Of a DNA stretch of 64,000 nt, positions 53,201-64,000 are shown one piece after another (the stretch's first letter is position 1; each line of letters opens with the position of its first letter). This stretch comes from Schmidtea polychroa. Taxonomy: Eukaryota. The notes beneath the pieces are model-generated. The model saw only the letters and a list, made by a program, of their open reading frames with translations. It was not told the origin of the DNA and made no database searches. Location: positions 34,224,001 to 34,288,000 of the forward strand of contig CM097888.1 of NCBI GenBank assembly GCA_044892525.1. Direction: 5' to 3'. Position numbers and translations under genes: made by a program.

Positions 53201-56200
53201 CTTTCTGTTAGTAAATTTGAAGTTATTTACATAATCGAAAATTTACTAATAGCAATGTTTATTTTTTAAACAAACTTTTACAACCAATTTTCAGCTTCAA
53301 ACCAAATACTTTTCAAAGCATTATCAAAAATTTTAATATTTGCAAAAACCTCATTTTAAATTATAAAATACATTTTTAATATTTTTTAACAATTTAATTA
53401 TTTACTATTTCTATTTATTTTAAACAATTTTAAATATCTAATTCTCAACTGAAGACTTCTTCGCAAAAATATATATTACAGCTTCAGATTTTTATGAGTT
53501 GTGAGTTACGTAGCTGATTTAGAAAAGATTTCCATATGTATGATAAAGGAAGTTTTGTTTGATTTCTATACAATTTCAAAAATTATTAAATATTATAATT
53601 TTTCTTAAATTTAGTTCATTTTGTGTTTATTGCAATTATTTGTTTGGATATTCAATTGAAAACCTTTTTTAAAATAATAAAAAATCTATTCTAAAATTTA
53701 TACTAGATTTAAAATAATAATAATCAATTATTTCCATGTGCTTTCACATTATGACTATTGGAAGTTTAATTAATTAAACTTAGTGTTAAAAGTCTATTTT
53801 GAAACCATAATTTTCTACTTTATAATATTCAAATCAATAAATTAAATTTATTTAAAAGAAATTGTAAAATCATATAAAAATATGCATAATTTAATAAAAA
53901 AATCAGGTTATCGATTAAAATAAAAAATTAATATGAATAAATTCAAATCAATAATTTCAATTATTTTAAATATTTAAAATAATAAAAACAGTTTAAAAAG
54001 AAATAAATGGAAAAATTGGATAGTATAAGCATTATTCGATAGGAAAAGTCGATTTTCAGCTAGTTGTTACTGGAATATCTTTGACAAACTTTTACAACCA
54101 ATTTTCAGCTTCGAACCAAATATTTTACAAAACATCAAAAATTTTAATATTTACAAAAGCCTCATTTTAAATTATAAAATACATTTTTAATATTAAAAAT
54201 TCATTTCTGATTTTACCAATTTAATTATTTACTATTTCAATTTATTTTAAACTATTTTAAATATATAATTCTCAACTGAAGACCTCTTCGCCAAAATATA
54301 TATTACAGCTTCAGATTTTTATGATTCGTCAGAAAACTTTTTATTTGTCATTCTACAACGTTAGCAAAATTTATTAATTATAGAGTAAACAATTGAATAG
54401 TTTAATAGTGCATGAAACTATCGGAACCGATTGCCTACAATACAATGCCTACTAATAGCAAATATTTTAGTCGTTATCAGCGTTAATTGACGCTAAAATT
54501 AATAATTTTGTGAAAATATTTCTATCTGTATTTTGCAAAAATCGATATATAAGTAAGGCGATTTCACATTTAATTACAGATTTAAATATGATCGTTGTTA
54601 TAAATGATCTTGAATACTTTATTTACTCGTTTTTGTTAATTATTTGATTTGGACTAATTATTATCTGGATATTGATTTAGGGAAGTATTGAACAGCTGCA
54701 AACCGTGTGGCAAAAAGAAGACCAAATGACTGATTCTTTTGATCCTAAGACCTTTTTCTATTTGCATGGTAAATTTTTTTTTAATGTTTAAAATTTAATT
54801 ATAACATCTGTTCATTATTATTATTATTATAAATTCGCAAAGTTCATATTATTTTTAGTGTTTTTCAATCTGATTAGTCATTGTGCTATATTTTTATCAA
54901 TAATAGAAATTAAACTTCATGTATTGCACATAGTTATTGATTAGAGTTTCATGATATTTTTTTTAATTTGAAATATGTGTTTGATTAATTTTTTTTCATT
55001 AAAATAATATTTTACATAATTTTTTTCAAATTAGAACAATTTTAAAATTTGGACATTTTTATCAATTTAATATTTTATAATTATTGCAAAATTTGATTTG
55101 ATTAATTAAAACAAAATTTAAATAATTAAACATTTTATAATTATAGCAAATTTATAAAATGTTTACCAATTTAGACAAATTTAAAAATTGTATTAATCAA
55201 TAAAAACAAATTTTTAATATTTAACATTTTTATTAATTAAAACAATTTTTAAATAATTTAACATTTTATAATTATAGTAAAATTTTTTAATTTGTTTTTT
55301 TCGGATTTGGACAAATTTAAGATTTGTAATAATCAATAAAACAAATTTTAATAAATAATTAAATTATTTTTTAAAATCTGAACATATTAATAATTAAAAC
55401 AATTTTTTAACATTTATAATTATAGAAATTTTTAATATATTTTCCGATTTAGACAAATTTAAAAATTGTAATAATCAATTAAAACAACATTTTAAAACAT
55501 TTTTTATAGATTAAAACAAATTTTAACAAACAATTTAGGCATTTTTAATAATTTAAAATGTTTTCCGATTTAGACAAATTTAAAAATTTTTTAATATTTA
55601 AAGATTTTTATAAATTAAAACAAATTTTATTAAATAATTTAGTTATTTTTTAAAATCCGAAATTTTATTAATTAAAACAATTTAAGCATTTTTAATAATT
55701 TAAAATGTTTTCCGATATAGACAAATTTAAAAATTGTATTAATCTATAAAATCAAATTTGTAATATTTGACATTTATAATATTTGAACATTTTATTAATT
55801 AAAACAATTTTAAAATTAGGGATTTTTAATAATTAAATATTTTATATATATAACAAATTTTTAAAATTTAAATGTTTTCATTAACTAAAAGAATTTTAAA
55901 ATTACACATTTTTATTAATTAAAACAATTTTTTAAATAATTAAATATTTTATAATTACAGAAATTTTTAATATTTTTTTTAATTAAAACAAAATTTAAAT
56001 AAATAACCATTTTAGAAATTTTCAATATGTCAGACAAATTTAAAATTTAGATTTATCAATAAAAACAAAATTTGAATATTTTTACTAATTTAAACAAATT
56101 TGGACATTTTTATCATTTATGTTGCTGTCAAGAAATAATCATTTTCTATACTTGGAATTCATAATGTAAATTTACTGTCGATGTTAGATGTCAATGGAGA

Positions 56201-56721
56201 CGGAAATCTCGATGTTGCTGAAATTGAAACTCTAATGCAAAAAGAAGTAATATAAGCATTATCTACAAAAGAAGATATTTATTCTGATTTAGTTAGACAA
56301 AGCTTATGATCCAAATGACAATGCTACAGATGTTATTGAACGTTATCATGAAATGTCGAGAATGAGAAAACAATTTCTAGAACATGCAGATCTTGATAAA
56401 AACCATTTGATTTCACTGCAAGAATTCATGCAATGGACGAAGAGTGCTGAAGCTATTCAAAACAATGAATGGAAGGTCTTTTGATTTTATTCAGAAAATA
56501 GATTGTGTACTGTGTTCACTAGACTCAAGAAGAATTGGAAAAAAATTATTCTAAAGAAGAATTCGATCAATTCTACCAGGATTATCTTAGTCGTCATCTG
56601 GAATTGCAACAGCCAGTTACATTATTTTGATATAATTTCATTATAATTTTATATAAATATTTAGCCTGTTTATAATCCACCGACACCTCCTAGTCAGTCT
56701 TTAAATACACAAGCAAAATGA
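47599..56721 (+). CDS. NUCB2: Nucleobindin (NUCB1/NUCB2-like secreted/Golgi EF-hand Ca2+-binding protein), 9 exons, about 376 aa
   Basis: Exons 47599-47712, 47759-47857, 47900-48142, 51717-51911, 54681-54768, 56188-56246, 56293-56475, 56523-56615, 56665-56721. Signal peptide; IRTKLDELKR; GSIEQLQTVW...FDPKTFFYLH; EF-hands DVNGDGNLDVAE and DLDKNHLISLQE. The symbol is nominal (NUCB1 vs NUCB2 not resolved). Confidence 0.93.
48700..48960 (-). mobile_element. LTR retrotransposon integrase core fragment
   Basis: PEIIFIDNGKQF ... VERFHKTLK (rve D and E motifs). Confidence 0.8.
49270..49957 (+). mobile_element. hAT (Buster/GTF2IRD2-like) transposase C-terminus with probable 3' TIR
   Basis: ORF 49366-49791 contains SMFGSTYICERAFSDMKYIKSKYRN; the segment ends ...AAAAGTTGGACAGCGCTG. 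Confidence 0.85.
50213..50285. repeat. (AT)n microsatellite
   Basis: Direct reading. Confidence 0.99.
50350..50590 (+). mobile_element. pogo transposase C-terminal fragment
   Basis: LIDWVDSAWEQLSHATMISGFSKPG matches the W..AW....I..GF.K motif. Confidence 0.65.
50740..51260 (+). mobile_element. Degenerate Mutator (MULE)-like transposase fragment
   Basis: LLADTAYGSSNGFKSRF...AMCWFQMRKAV resembles the MULE D and CxxH region. Confidence 0.55.
51539..51603 (+). mobile_element. Penelope-like GIY-YIG endonuclease fragment
   Basis: LVYQFTCNGCNVTYIGKTS. Confidence 0.75.
51930..52330. repeat. A/T-only low-complexity tract rich in (TAA)n
   Basis: Direct reading. Confidence 0.9.
52661..54330. repeat. 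Diverged tandem duplication (about 860 + 810 bp) in a NUCB intron
   Basis: agaaaagatttcc.tatgta starts at 52661 and 53521; both copies end in ttacagcttcagatttttatga. Confidence 0.85.
55000..56110. repeat. Degenerate AT-rich minisatellite
   Basis: Core ttccgatttagacaaatttaaaaattgtaataatc recurs at about 55167, 55301, 55441, 55561 and 55709. Confidence 0.75.
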
Positions 56722-56842
56722 AATAAAATTTTTCATGATTTATTAACAATAAATTTTTAATAAATTATTTGGTTTCGAATTTTTTAAGATTTAATTGGAA
56801 ATTTTTGTTGAATATCGATCTTATTTGATGAATTTTGATTGA

Positions 56843-56945
56843 TGTATTGATTATCGATCCTATTTAATGAATTTCGACTGATAATGTATTGATTATCGAT
56901 CCTATTTAACAAATTTCGACTGATAATGTATTGATTATCGATTTT
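56843..56945. repeat. 42-bp tandem repeat (about 2.5 copies) downstream of NUCB
   Basis: tgtattgattatcgatcctatttaa..aatttcgactgataa units. Confidence 0.85.
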
Positions 56946-57799
56946 GATTGAGTTAGTTTTCGATTTGTCAATTTAATTTCATTGATTTTATTGAATTTTT
57001 CAATAGAATAATTTTTTGGTTGAGGTTGATTATCGATTTTTACTCAATTTTTGACTGATAAATCTATAGAATTAGCTTGTGGTTAATTGCATTAAAATTT
57101 CTCTGGCAGTGTTGAACAAAAAATGAAGTAAAATCAATTTTTGGAATTCCCTTCATTTTAAATGTTATAATATTTAGAGGAAATTTGGTGTTTACGTTTT
57201 GGTATGAGTTTGAAAAAATAAATATATTGTGTTGTTGAATTTATTTTATTTATATTGAAGTTTTGCTAAAATGGACAAAGGACGAATAGAAGTAATAGAA
57301 GAATTTGTTGATCTTTACGAAAGGAAGCTATTTTTCTATTTTACAACCATAATTTTAAAATGGCTGAATTTACCTTTAAATGATTGCTGTAATACCGAGA
57401 GAAACATATTTCCAATCAATGTGAATGATTCTTTTGGTTACGTCGCTTTTAGCAGTGAAGCGGTAGTATTGGTGGGTTACGAGTGGGGGAACTCTTTCGC
57501 TTTTAAACTTCATTAACCATTTTCTTTCACTATATTCGAGTCCCCTAGTAAACACACATAACTATTTTATTTGACCACTAAATCACGTAGTAAGTGACGT
57601 TGGTACTGCGCTTTAGCGGGTGACTGTCAGTAAAAGCTGAGCGCTCCAATGAGAACTAGTCACTGGGTTCATCGGCTATCGTAGAAGATTTTGTGCCTCA
57701 CTTTACATTGTCCCTTCATCATTTCCCTATGTGCTTCTTACTTCGAACCTTTATTTAAGCAAATGTCGAAAACTTCAAGATTGGAATTTTCGTCGAATT

Positions 57800-60020
57800 G
57801 TCTGAGATTATGTTGATAAAATCACTTTAGTTGTTCATTTTAGGCCGCGAGATGCTTTAAAAACTATATTTAATTTATTGTTTAACTAGTTCGAATTATA
57901 TTTAAATATTTTCGTGAGGAGATACCTTTCTTTGGCCATAGGAAAGTAACGCTGTCGTAATTTGCTCAATCTATTTTATTTACCTTTTATCTTTAATATA
58001 ACCGTTTCTTAAGGAAATAGTCTTTTCAATTTGATTAATTATTTCGGCTATACTACTAAGACAAGATTTACGCATCTTATTAAAATAAAACAGTTTATCA
58101 TAATTTATTTTTTCTCAATTATTTACATTTTCAATCATTTCATTAAATCATTATTGTTATTTTTCTGGACCTTCTTGCTGGATGAACACTTCCTTTCGAA
58201 TTTTCCAGGACGAGGCTTGCATGCTTTCTTTGGTCCTGGAGTTGCTGTTGGTATCCTGGAGATCAGAGCTGCTATATGTGATAACATATCTGTCTCGGAG
58301 TACAACGGTACTCTTCCAACTCCAGCTTGATATGATTTCCTGCACGCAGCTCCAGGATTTTTTGAGACTGATTACGGATTGTTACTTTCAAATCTCCGAT
58401 AGTCGCTTGATCCTCAGATCAAGTTTATCGATATGATGGTAGGATGCTATGGTGTTATGGTTGGCGTTGAAGCTTTCTAAGCATCTCGGGTATTTCTCAG
58501 CAATTTTGGAAATCAGCACGTTGTGCAGCGTTTTGTACAATTTGTAAGTTGTATCGCAAAATCCTGTGATGCAATTATGAACGTGAATATTTGAATTGGT
58601 AAAACGATTATTAGGAATGTTATCATTGTTCACTCGCAACGCTAATATCCTATTTTGGCAATCGACTTAATATCCAAAAGCATCGAAGAAATCCGCTCCA
58701 AGAATTGGTTGTAAAGTCTCAGCAACGGTAAAAGCCCAATCTAAATGCTTTTCAATGTTTTTAACTAAAACTTGAGATTTACAATTCCATAGGTTGGGAT
58801 ATCTGAGACATTGGCAGCTCGCTATTTTCCGGTTGGAACAGTAAATGACACAAAAGTATTCGGTAAGATTGATAGGCATGAACCGGTGTCGATCAAGAAG
58901 GAGATTGTTGTAGTTATGCGATCGGAAGTTTGGAAAGTTGCAGGTAAAATAAAAATGCCGCAAGATATTTGACACTTTGGTTTAGCAGATTTTCCAAAAG
59001 ATCTTAAAAGTTTTTTTAAAAGTGCAATCCTCTAAACATTTTTGAGCTTTCTCTTTTAAAATCGAATGGACAATACAGGTTGAAATGATTTTGAGATCGG
59101 TCTTATTCAGCCAATTACAACCTATGCAGCATTTCTGGGAGCAATTTATAAATTTATAATGAAATTCGCAGATTAATCTGCCTCTAGATTGAGATCTTTT
59201 CGTATCTCTGTCATTGGGGGTAATTTTTATTTGAACTACTTCTACTTGTAATGATGCTACTTGATCGGATGTCTAACAATGTGGTGTCAGTGTTGTGAAC
59301 CGATACTACTAAAGACTCTGGAAGATTTGTCATTATCCTATCGACAGTAGTAGCAAGTTCGTCTAAATTTGTTTTGTCTGACCCGGCAAGTATTGCACGA
59401 ACAGTAGGTGGTAAAACCGAAATAAAAAACTGCGAAATATTGTCGTGTTTGAAAATGAGACTGGATGCAATCTCCCGAGATCGTTTTGAGTTTTCTTTAA
59501 AAACAGTAAAGGGGATAAATTGCCTAATAATTGTGTTCGAAAATAGGAGTTGAAGAGGTCAGTTTCGGAAGGTTTGTAAAATTCTGTAACTAGTGATTTT
59601 ATTTTGTTGTACATATTTGAAGACCTTTACTATTTTGCTGCCCCAGTGACTGTAATAGTTCTGTGGGTAAGAAAGACATACGGATATGTGTTTTCACACA
59701 GGAAGAGATGTGATTGTTAGAGAAAGACAATTTTGTCAATAGCAATCAAGTGTTGGGAACGCCATCTGTCTAAAAAGAAACTACGCTGAGTGACAGGTGA
59801 CACAAGAGAGATATTTTGACCACGGTCGGTATTGATTGTATCATTGTTACCCCATAAGAGTCTCTGTCTAAATTGTATAGGATAATTAAAAATCGACAAT
59901 TGTTGCAAGGTGTGGTAGTCTCGTGGAATTTTCGTTTTAGTGCAGAGATAAAAAGAATGACAAGGTATTTTGCATCTCTTTTTTCTAGTCGAGTTCCATA
60001 ACCGACTATAGTTAGATACA
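57800..60020 (-). mobile_element. Degenerate Ty3/Gypsy remnant (gag + protease; candidate 5' LTR at about 59651-60020)
   Basis: Protease FLIDTGSCLSILP (58905-58861) and WAFTVAETLQPILGADFF; gag-like QLLGNLSPLLFL. The TGTA...TACA segment is followed on the minus strand by PBS-like GTCACTGGGGC. Boundaries are approximate. Confidence 0.75.
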
Positions 60021-60199
60021 GTTTACCACCATGCAGAGTATCTGGTGCTTATATAAATACAAGATTCAGAGCTGCTAGGAGCAAAATCTGGAGTTATTTG
60101 CAAACACGCCAATTCACATAATTTCAGGAAATTGAAGACATTTTTTACCTATTCGTTTTATGAAAATAATTATTCCTGTGGAATGTTATACTTTAAATT

Positions 60200-60402
60200 C
60201 TCACTAATTGTGTCTGTCTTCATGTGAAGAGTTTTTTCAAAACAGAAATGTGTAAAGAACTATTTGCGATCAACAATAGGACAATCAAGGCTTTCTGATC
60301 TGGTTTTATTATCAATTGAAATTGATATGGTGAAAGATATTGATTTTAATGGAGTGATTGAAAGGTTTTCAGCATTGAAGGCCAGGAAAGAAAAATTTTA
60401 AA
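60200..60402 (+). mobile_element. hAT (ZMYM1-like) C-terminal dimerisation fragment
   Basis: RVFSKQKCVKNYLRSTIGQSRLSDLVLLSIE...FSALKARK. Confidence 0.8.
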
Positions 60403-61028
60403 TAAAGCTTTATGTTAAAAATAACAATAACTCAACTTAGAAGCAGTTCTCCGATGCTTAAACCTTGATACTTTTACCGTAAATTATGTTATTTAATTTG
60501 CTATTTTCTTAAGTCTTTATTAACATTTTGACTTATTTTACAAACATTATTGCCGATTAGGGATGGTCTAGTACAGGAAGATTAGGAAGAGATCCATGAC
60601 TCCATGACTCCATAAAATTCTGGGCTCAGAGAGGGTAAATGCATGACACCAACCCAAGAACCCCTTTGATAGTGATTTCTGTTCAAAGCTTTAGACAGAT
60701 TTAAAAATGACTTTAAATACTAAAAGATACATTCTAATAAATTGAAGGCATCACTAGAATGTCCCCCGTTTTACTTTCATATTTATAAATCAAGCAAATT
60801 AGATATATATTATCAAAAAGGAAATCTTTCAAAATTGAACTTTGTAGTTCATTAAAATTGATAAATTTAAACATCAAGTGGTTAATGGATTTATTTTATA
60901 TCTAATATAAAAATAATTTGATATATTTTTTAAACTTTATCACAGATAAAATTGTCCCAAGATTTAATAGTATAATTTTATTTCAAAAAATAAGTTGCTG
61001 ACAATTGAAAATTTTTCAAAAAACTTTG

Positions 61029-61661
61029 TTATGGAAATAATTCTTTGGATATTGTATAATTATAATTGTCCAGAATATTTTTAATATGTTCCTCCCAATT
61101 GGCAATGAAATCCTTCGTTGACCAAAAGTGACTTCTCCCTTTATCGTCAATGAAATTGGCCGATGGTTTGAAAAATATTGTCTTATAAAAGTTTCTATCG
61201 TTTCGAAGTTGCGGTAGAATATGTTTGACAATGTAGGATTTGTTTTGAACCAACAAATGTTTTTCATAGTTCGTCAAATTACCAAAAGAAATTCGTTCTC
61301 GTTGAATAGACTTCAAAAGTGAAATTATATGTTTTCTAATTTCATTTTGTTTCTGTTGATTTAAACATTTTTTGATTCGCTCATAGTTTTCGAGCTCTTT
61401 TCTGCACATTTCTTTCGAGCGATTCAATTGTTTCAAATTCTGGTCTAACGCCTTTTTGGACAAATCTATTTGTCTGTTGCCGAATTTCATCAATTGAAAA
61501 TGTTGAAAATAGAGATATTTATTCTGATCATTGTTGTAACACATTTCGAATTTTAAGTCATGATCGGGATCAATTGGAGATTGGTTCGAGGAGATATCTT
61601 TGCATTTATTTGAATTCGACAATTTCAATGGAATATTGTGAATTGGTGGTAAATAATTCAT
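61029..61661 (-). CDS. Hypothetical 210-aa protein with a central coiled coil
   Basis: ATG-initiated 633-nt ORF in AT-rich DNA; no family recognised. Confidence 0.45.
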   Translation of the reverse strand: MNYLPPIHNIPLKLSNSNKCKDISSNQSPIDPDHDLKFEMCYNNDQNKYLYFQHFQLMKFGNRQIDLSKKALDQNLKQLNRSKEMCRKELENYERIKKCLNQQKQNEIRKHIISLLKSIQRERISFGNLTNYEKHLLVQNKSYIVKHILPQLRNDRNFYKTIFFKPSANFIDDKGRSHFWSTKDFIANWEEHIKNILDNYNYTISKELFP

Positions 61662-62164
61662 TGGCAGATTATACGAAAGTGAAAATTACGTAATAGAAAT
61701 TATTTGATTTACTAAACCAAACATCAACTAATATATTGTTGCCATAGATAATTTTCGAAGAAATTAATTATTTTGTTTTCATTATGTCAGCGATTGTCAT
61801 CATGTTTGTAGAAAAATCAAATTTCTCTTTTTGTTTTTACTTATTGTTCACTATTTCTATTTAATAAAATTAAATCATTAATTTAATTACTTTTGATGAT
61901 TTAATGGAATTTTTTTCTCTTTCCAAAATTAAACATCCTAATGAAATTTCAGTTAATTATTTTTATTCAATAATTAACATTTTTAAAAAAATAAAGTTTT
62001 ATTTAAATTTTTCAACTTTTTTTGTTTAATTGGAATTTCAATAGTTTGACTTAAATTTCTTTATATAAATTATTTTGATCTTCATTCCATTTTTAAATTA
62101 TCGATCAATATTATGTTTTAGATTTAACACCAATTTACGATAGGTCAAATGTCTTAACATATTA

Positions 62165-62971
62165 CAGTGAAACCTCTCTAATAGGACCACCCTTGGTTCC
62201 GGACCAAAAGTGGTCTTTACTAGAGGTGGTCCTATTAGAGAGGGTTTTATTTTTATAAAGAAAACTAGACTTAAATTGAAGATTTTATTATTAAAACTCA
62301 TATAATGTTGTTTGTCTCTTCGATTTGGCTTCACTGTTATCAAAAACTATCATATTCGTCAACTTTTGTTCAGCTTGAAACATTATATCAACTAATTTAT
62401 TGTCACCCAGTTCCATTCCAAGATTCTTAATCTGCTGAATATAAGATATAAGATGTTTTTAAATCAATTTTTGGTAAATCAGATTCTTCTTCGTTTGGTT
62501 CAGAAACCTCACTTGATGCATCATCCAAACTAGTGTAAGAAGAAATCAGTTTTTCTTCCCAGTCACTCTCAAAACAGTTTTGTTCAAGAGAAATGTCAAG
62601 CTCACTAAGGTTAAAGTCGAAATCAAGCTTCTTAGCTAAATCTGTTACGTCTTGTTCGATCTCAGTTATAATATCTGGTTTAACCGTGATATCCAAGCAG
62701 AACCCACATTTTTTAAAACAGCTCTCAACTGTTGACGGCTTAACAGCATTCCAAGACTCCTTTACAAACTCAACAACATTAGAGAGATTGATTTTTTTCA
62801 ACAACTCTTCTACATTGGAAGTTGTTTCATAAAACGACAATAATGAAGAGAGCATTCTTTTTTGATATTCCAGCTTGAAAGATCTAATTATACCTTGGTC
62901 TAAAGGCTGAGATTTGCTGGTAGTATTTGCAGGAAGAAATGCAAATTTTATATTGCTTAAATCCATTTTAG
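62165..62971 (-). mobile_element. Tigger/pogo 3' half (transposase C-terminus and TIR)
   Basis: FLPANTTSKSQPLDQGIIRSFK...FVKESWNAV...CFKKCGF. TA then CAGTGAAACCTCTCTAATAGGACCACC, with an inverted subterminal copy. Confidence 0.88.
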
Positions 62972-63790
62972 TGTTGGTTACTTAGGGGTGTGCCCTTTTT
63001 ACAATTTAAAATACGTTAGGGGTAATCATAATCGTTCGACTCTTTCCTAAGCACCTCCATGACTATTGCAATTTAAACCATTTGTGTACCCATGGCGACG
63101 ACCATGTTGGTACTGTACACAAAGGTGAAAAAACAATGAGCAGGTGAGCTCTATTACTAAAACTACTCCCCATTGGATTTTCTTTTCGGGTTCTAGACTG
63201 CCGATAGAAGGTCTTACGTCCTTATTCACTATATATGCTATTTTTGGATCGATGTTGGTCCTCAATTACGGGTATTTTTAATTGTTCTCTTATAAAATTT
63301 TGTGCAGGGATCCGTCCTTATTTCCCAGCTAGTAATTATTGTTCTACACTTCCTACAATATTTAAATTATCCTTTGAAAAATTTGCGCAGGGATTGGCCC
63401 TTATTTTCAAGTTAATCCACACTTGCCATAATATTTAAATTGTCCTTCAAAGATTTTGAGCAGGGATCTGCCTGTGTTTCTAATCCTGAGCTGTCGGAAA
63501 AATTACATAAATCTAACTTTATCCATCTTCAACTGGTCTCAACTATTCCATCTTTACTCCTAACTCACTTATGTCTATAAAACATAAAGGTGACTAAGCC
63601 ACTTACATTATCTAAATCTGAATAAAATCCTAAACGACCTAAAATGACATTACACTCCCTAATCATTCCTATCACTATCACTGTCGTCTAACTCGATGGA
63701 CTCAACCGGCGAAATATCTGCCGACCAACAGCACGTAGTGCCGCCCGTCCACAAACTTTTCCCCAGCCCAGACCATCGACACAATCAACA
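62972..63790. mobile_element. TGTTGG-starting element abutting the Tigger transposase; related to 39440-43683; right end uncertain
   Basis: TG terminus at the point where transposase coding stops. It shares conserved blocks with 39592-39709 at a similar distance from the end. No target duplication confirmed. Confidence 0.6.
63106..63221 (-). ncRNA. Candidate structured cis-RNA element, copy 2
   Basis: Identical 26-nt and 13-nt flanking blocks, and compensatory stem changes relative to copy 1. Confidence 0.55.
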
Positions 63791-64000
63791 AATAATATAA
63801 TTGAATTCAATAAAAACTATGATTTAGAATAAATGAATTTAAACCATTAAAAAGGATCACTAAAGAAAATTTAACCGAAACATTAATAGCATATAAAATT
63901 TATTAATTAAAATACTCCATAAAAATTACAGAAAACAATAACAAATAAATTACCACATCCACGTTGGCATAAAATCGAAACTGAGAGTTCTGCAAATTAA

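Noticed and set aside
57468-57800. 3' LTR of the 57800-60020 Gypsy remnant
   Set aside because: No similarity to the candidate 5' LTR at 59651-60020; it probably belongs to a different element.

Overview
AT-rich eukaryotic (animal-like) genomic DNA with GT-AG introns that are either about 42-70 bp or kilobases long and filled with transposon debris. The organism is not identifiable from sequence alone. All exon calls below are my manual splicing. (1) 1-37137, minus strand: one giant spliced plakin-family gene that runs off the left edge. It has N-terminal spectrin-repeat and plakin SH3 exons, then a 2.1-kb exon with five 44-aa repeats each carrying a QT motif. Next come two arrays of tandemly duplicated phase 0-0 exon+intron modules: 14 near-identical 1500-bp units (948-nt exon) and at least 4 units of 1168/1169 bp (972-nt exon). 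The repeated ORFs in the track are these exons, not separate genes. With all exons included the product would exceed about 6,700 aa. (2) 38570-45286: a triple nest. A DD35D pogo element sits antiparallel inside a fragment of its own family, and its transposase is split by a 4.24-kb TG...CA insertion with a TTTT target duplication. (3) 47599-56721, plus strand: nine-exon nucleobindin gene. (4) Remnants of Gypsy, hAT, MULE, Penelope and Tigger elements. Best novelty candidates: the exon-array giant plakin, and a covarying bulged RNA hairpin with conserved flanks (39592-39709, 63106-63221) near the end of two otherwise dissimilar elements that both sit in pogo transposase genes.
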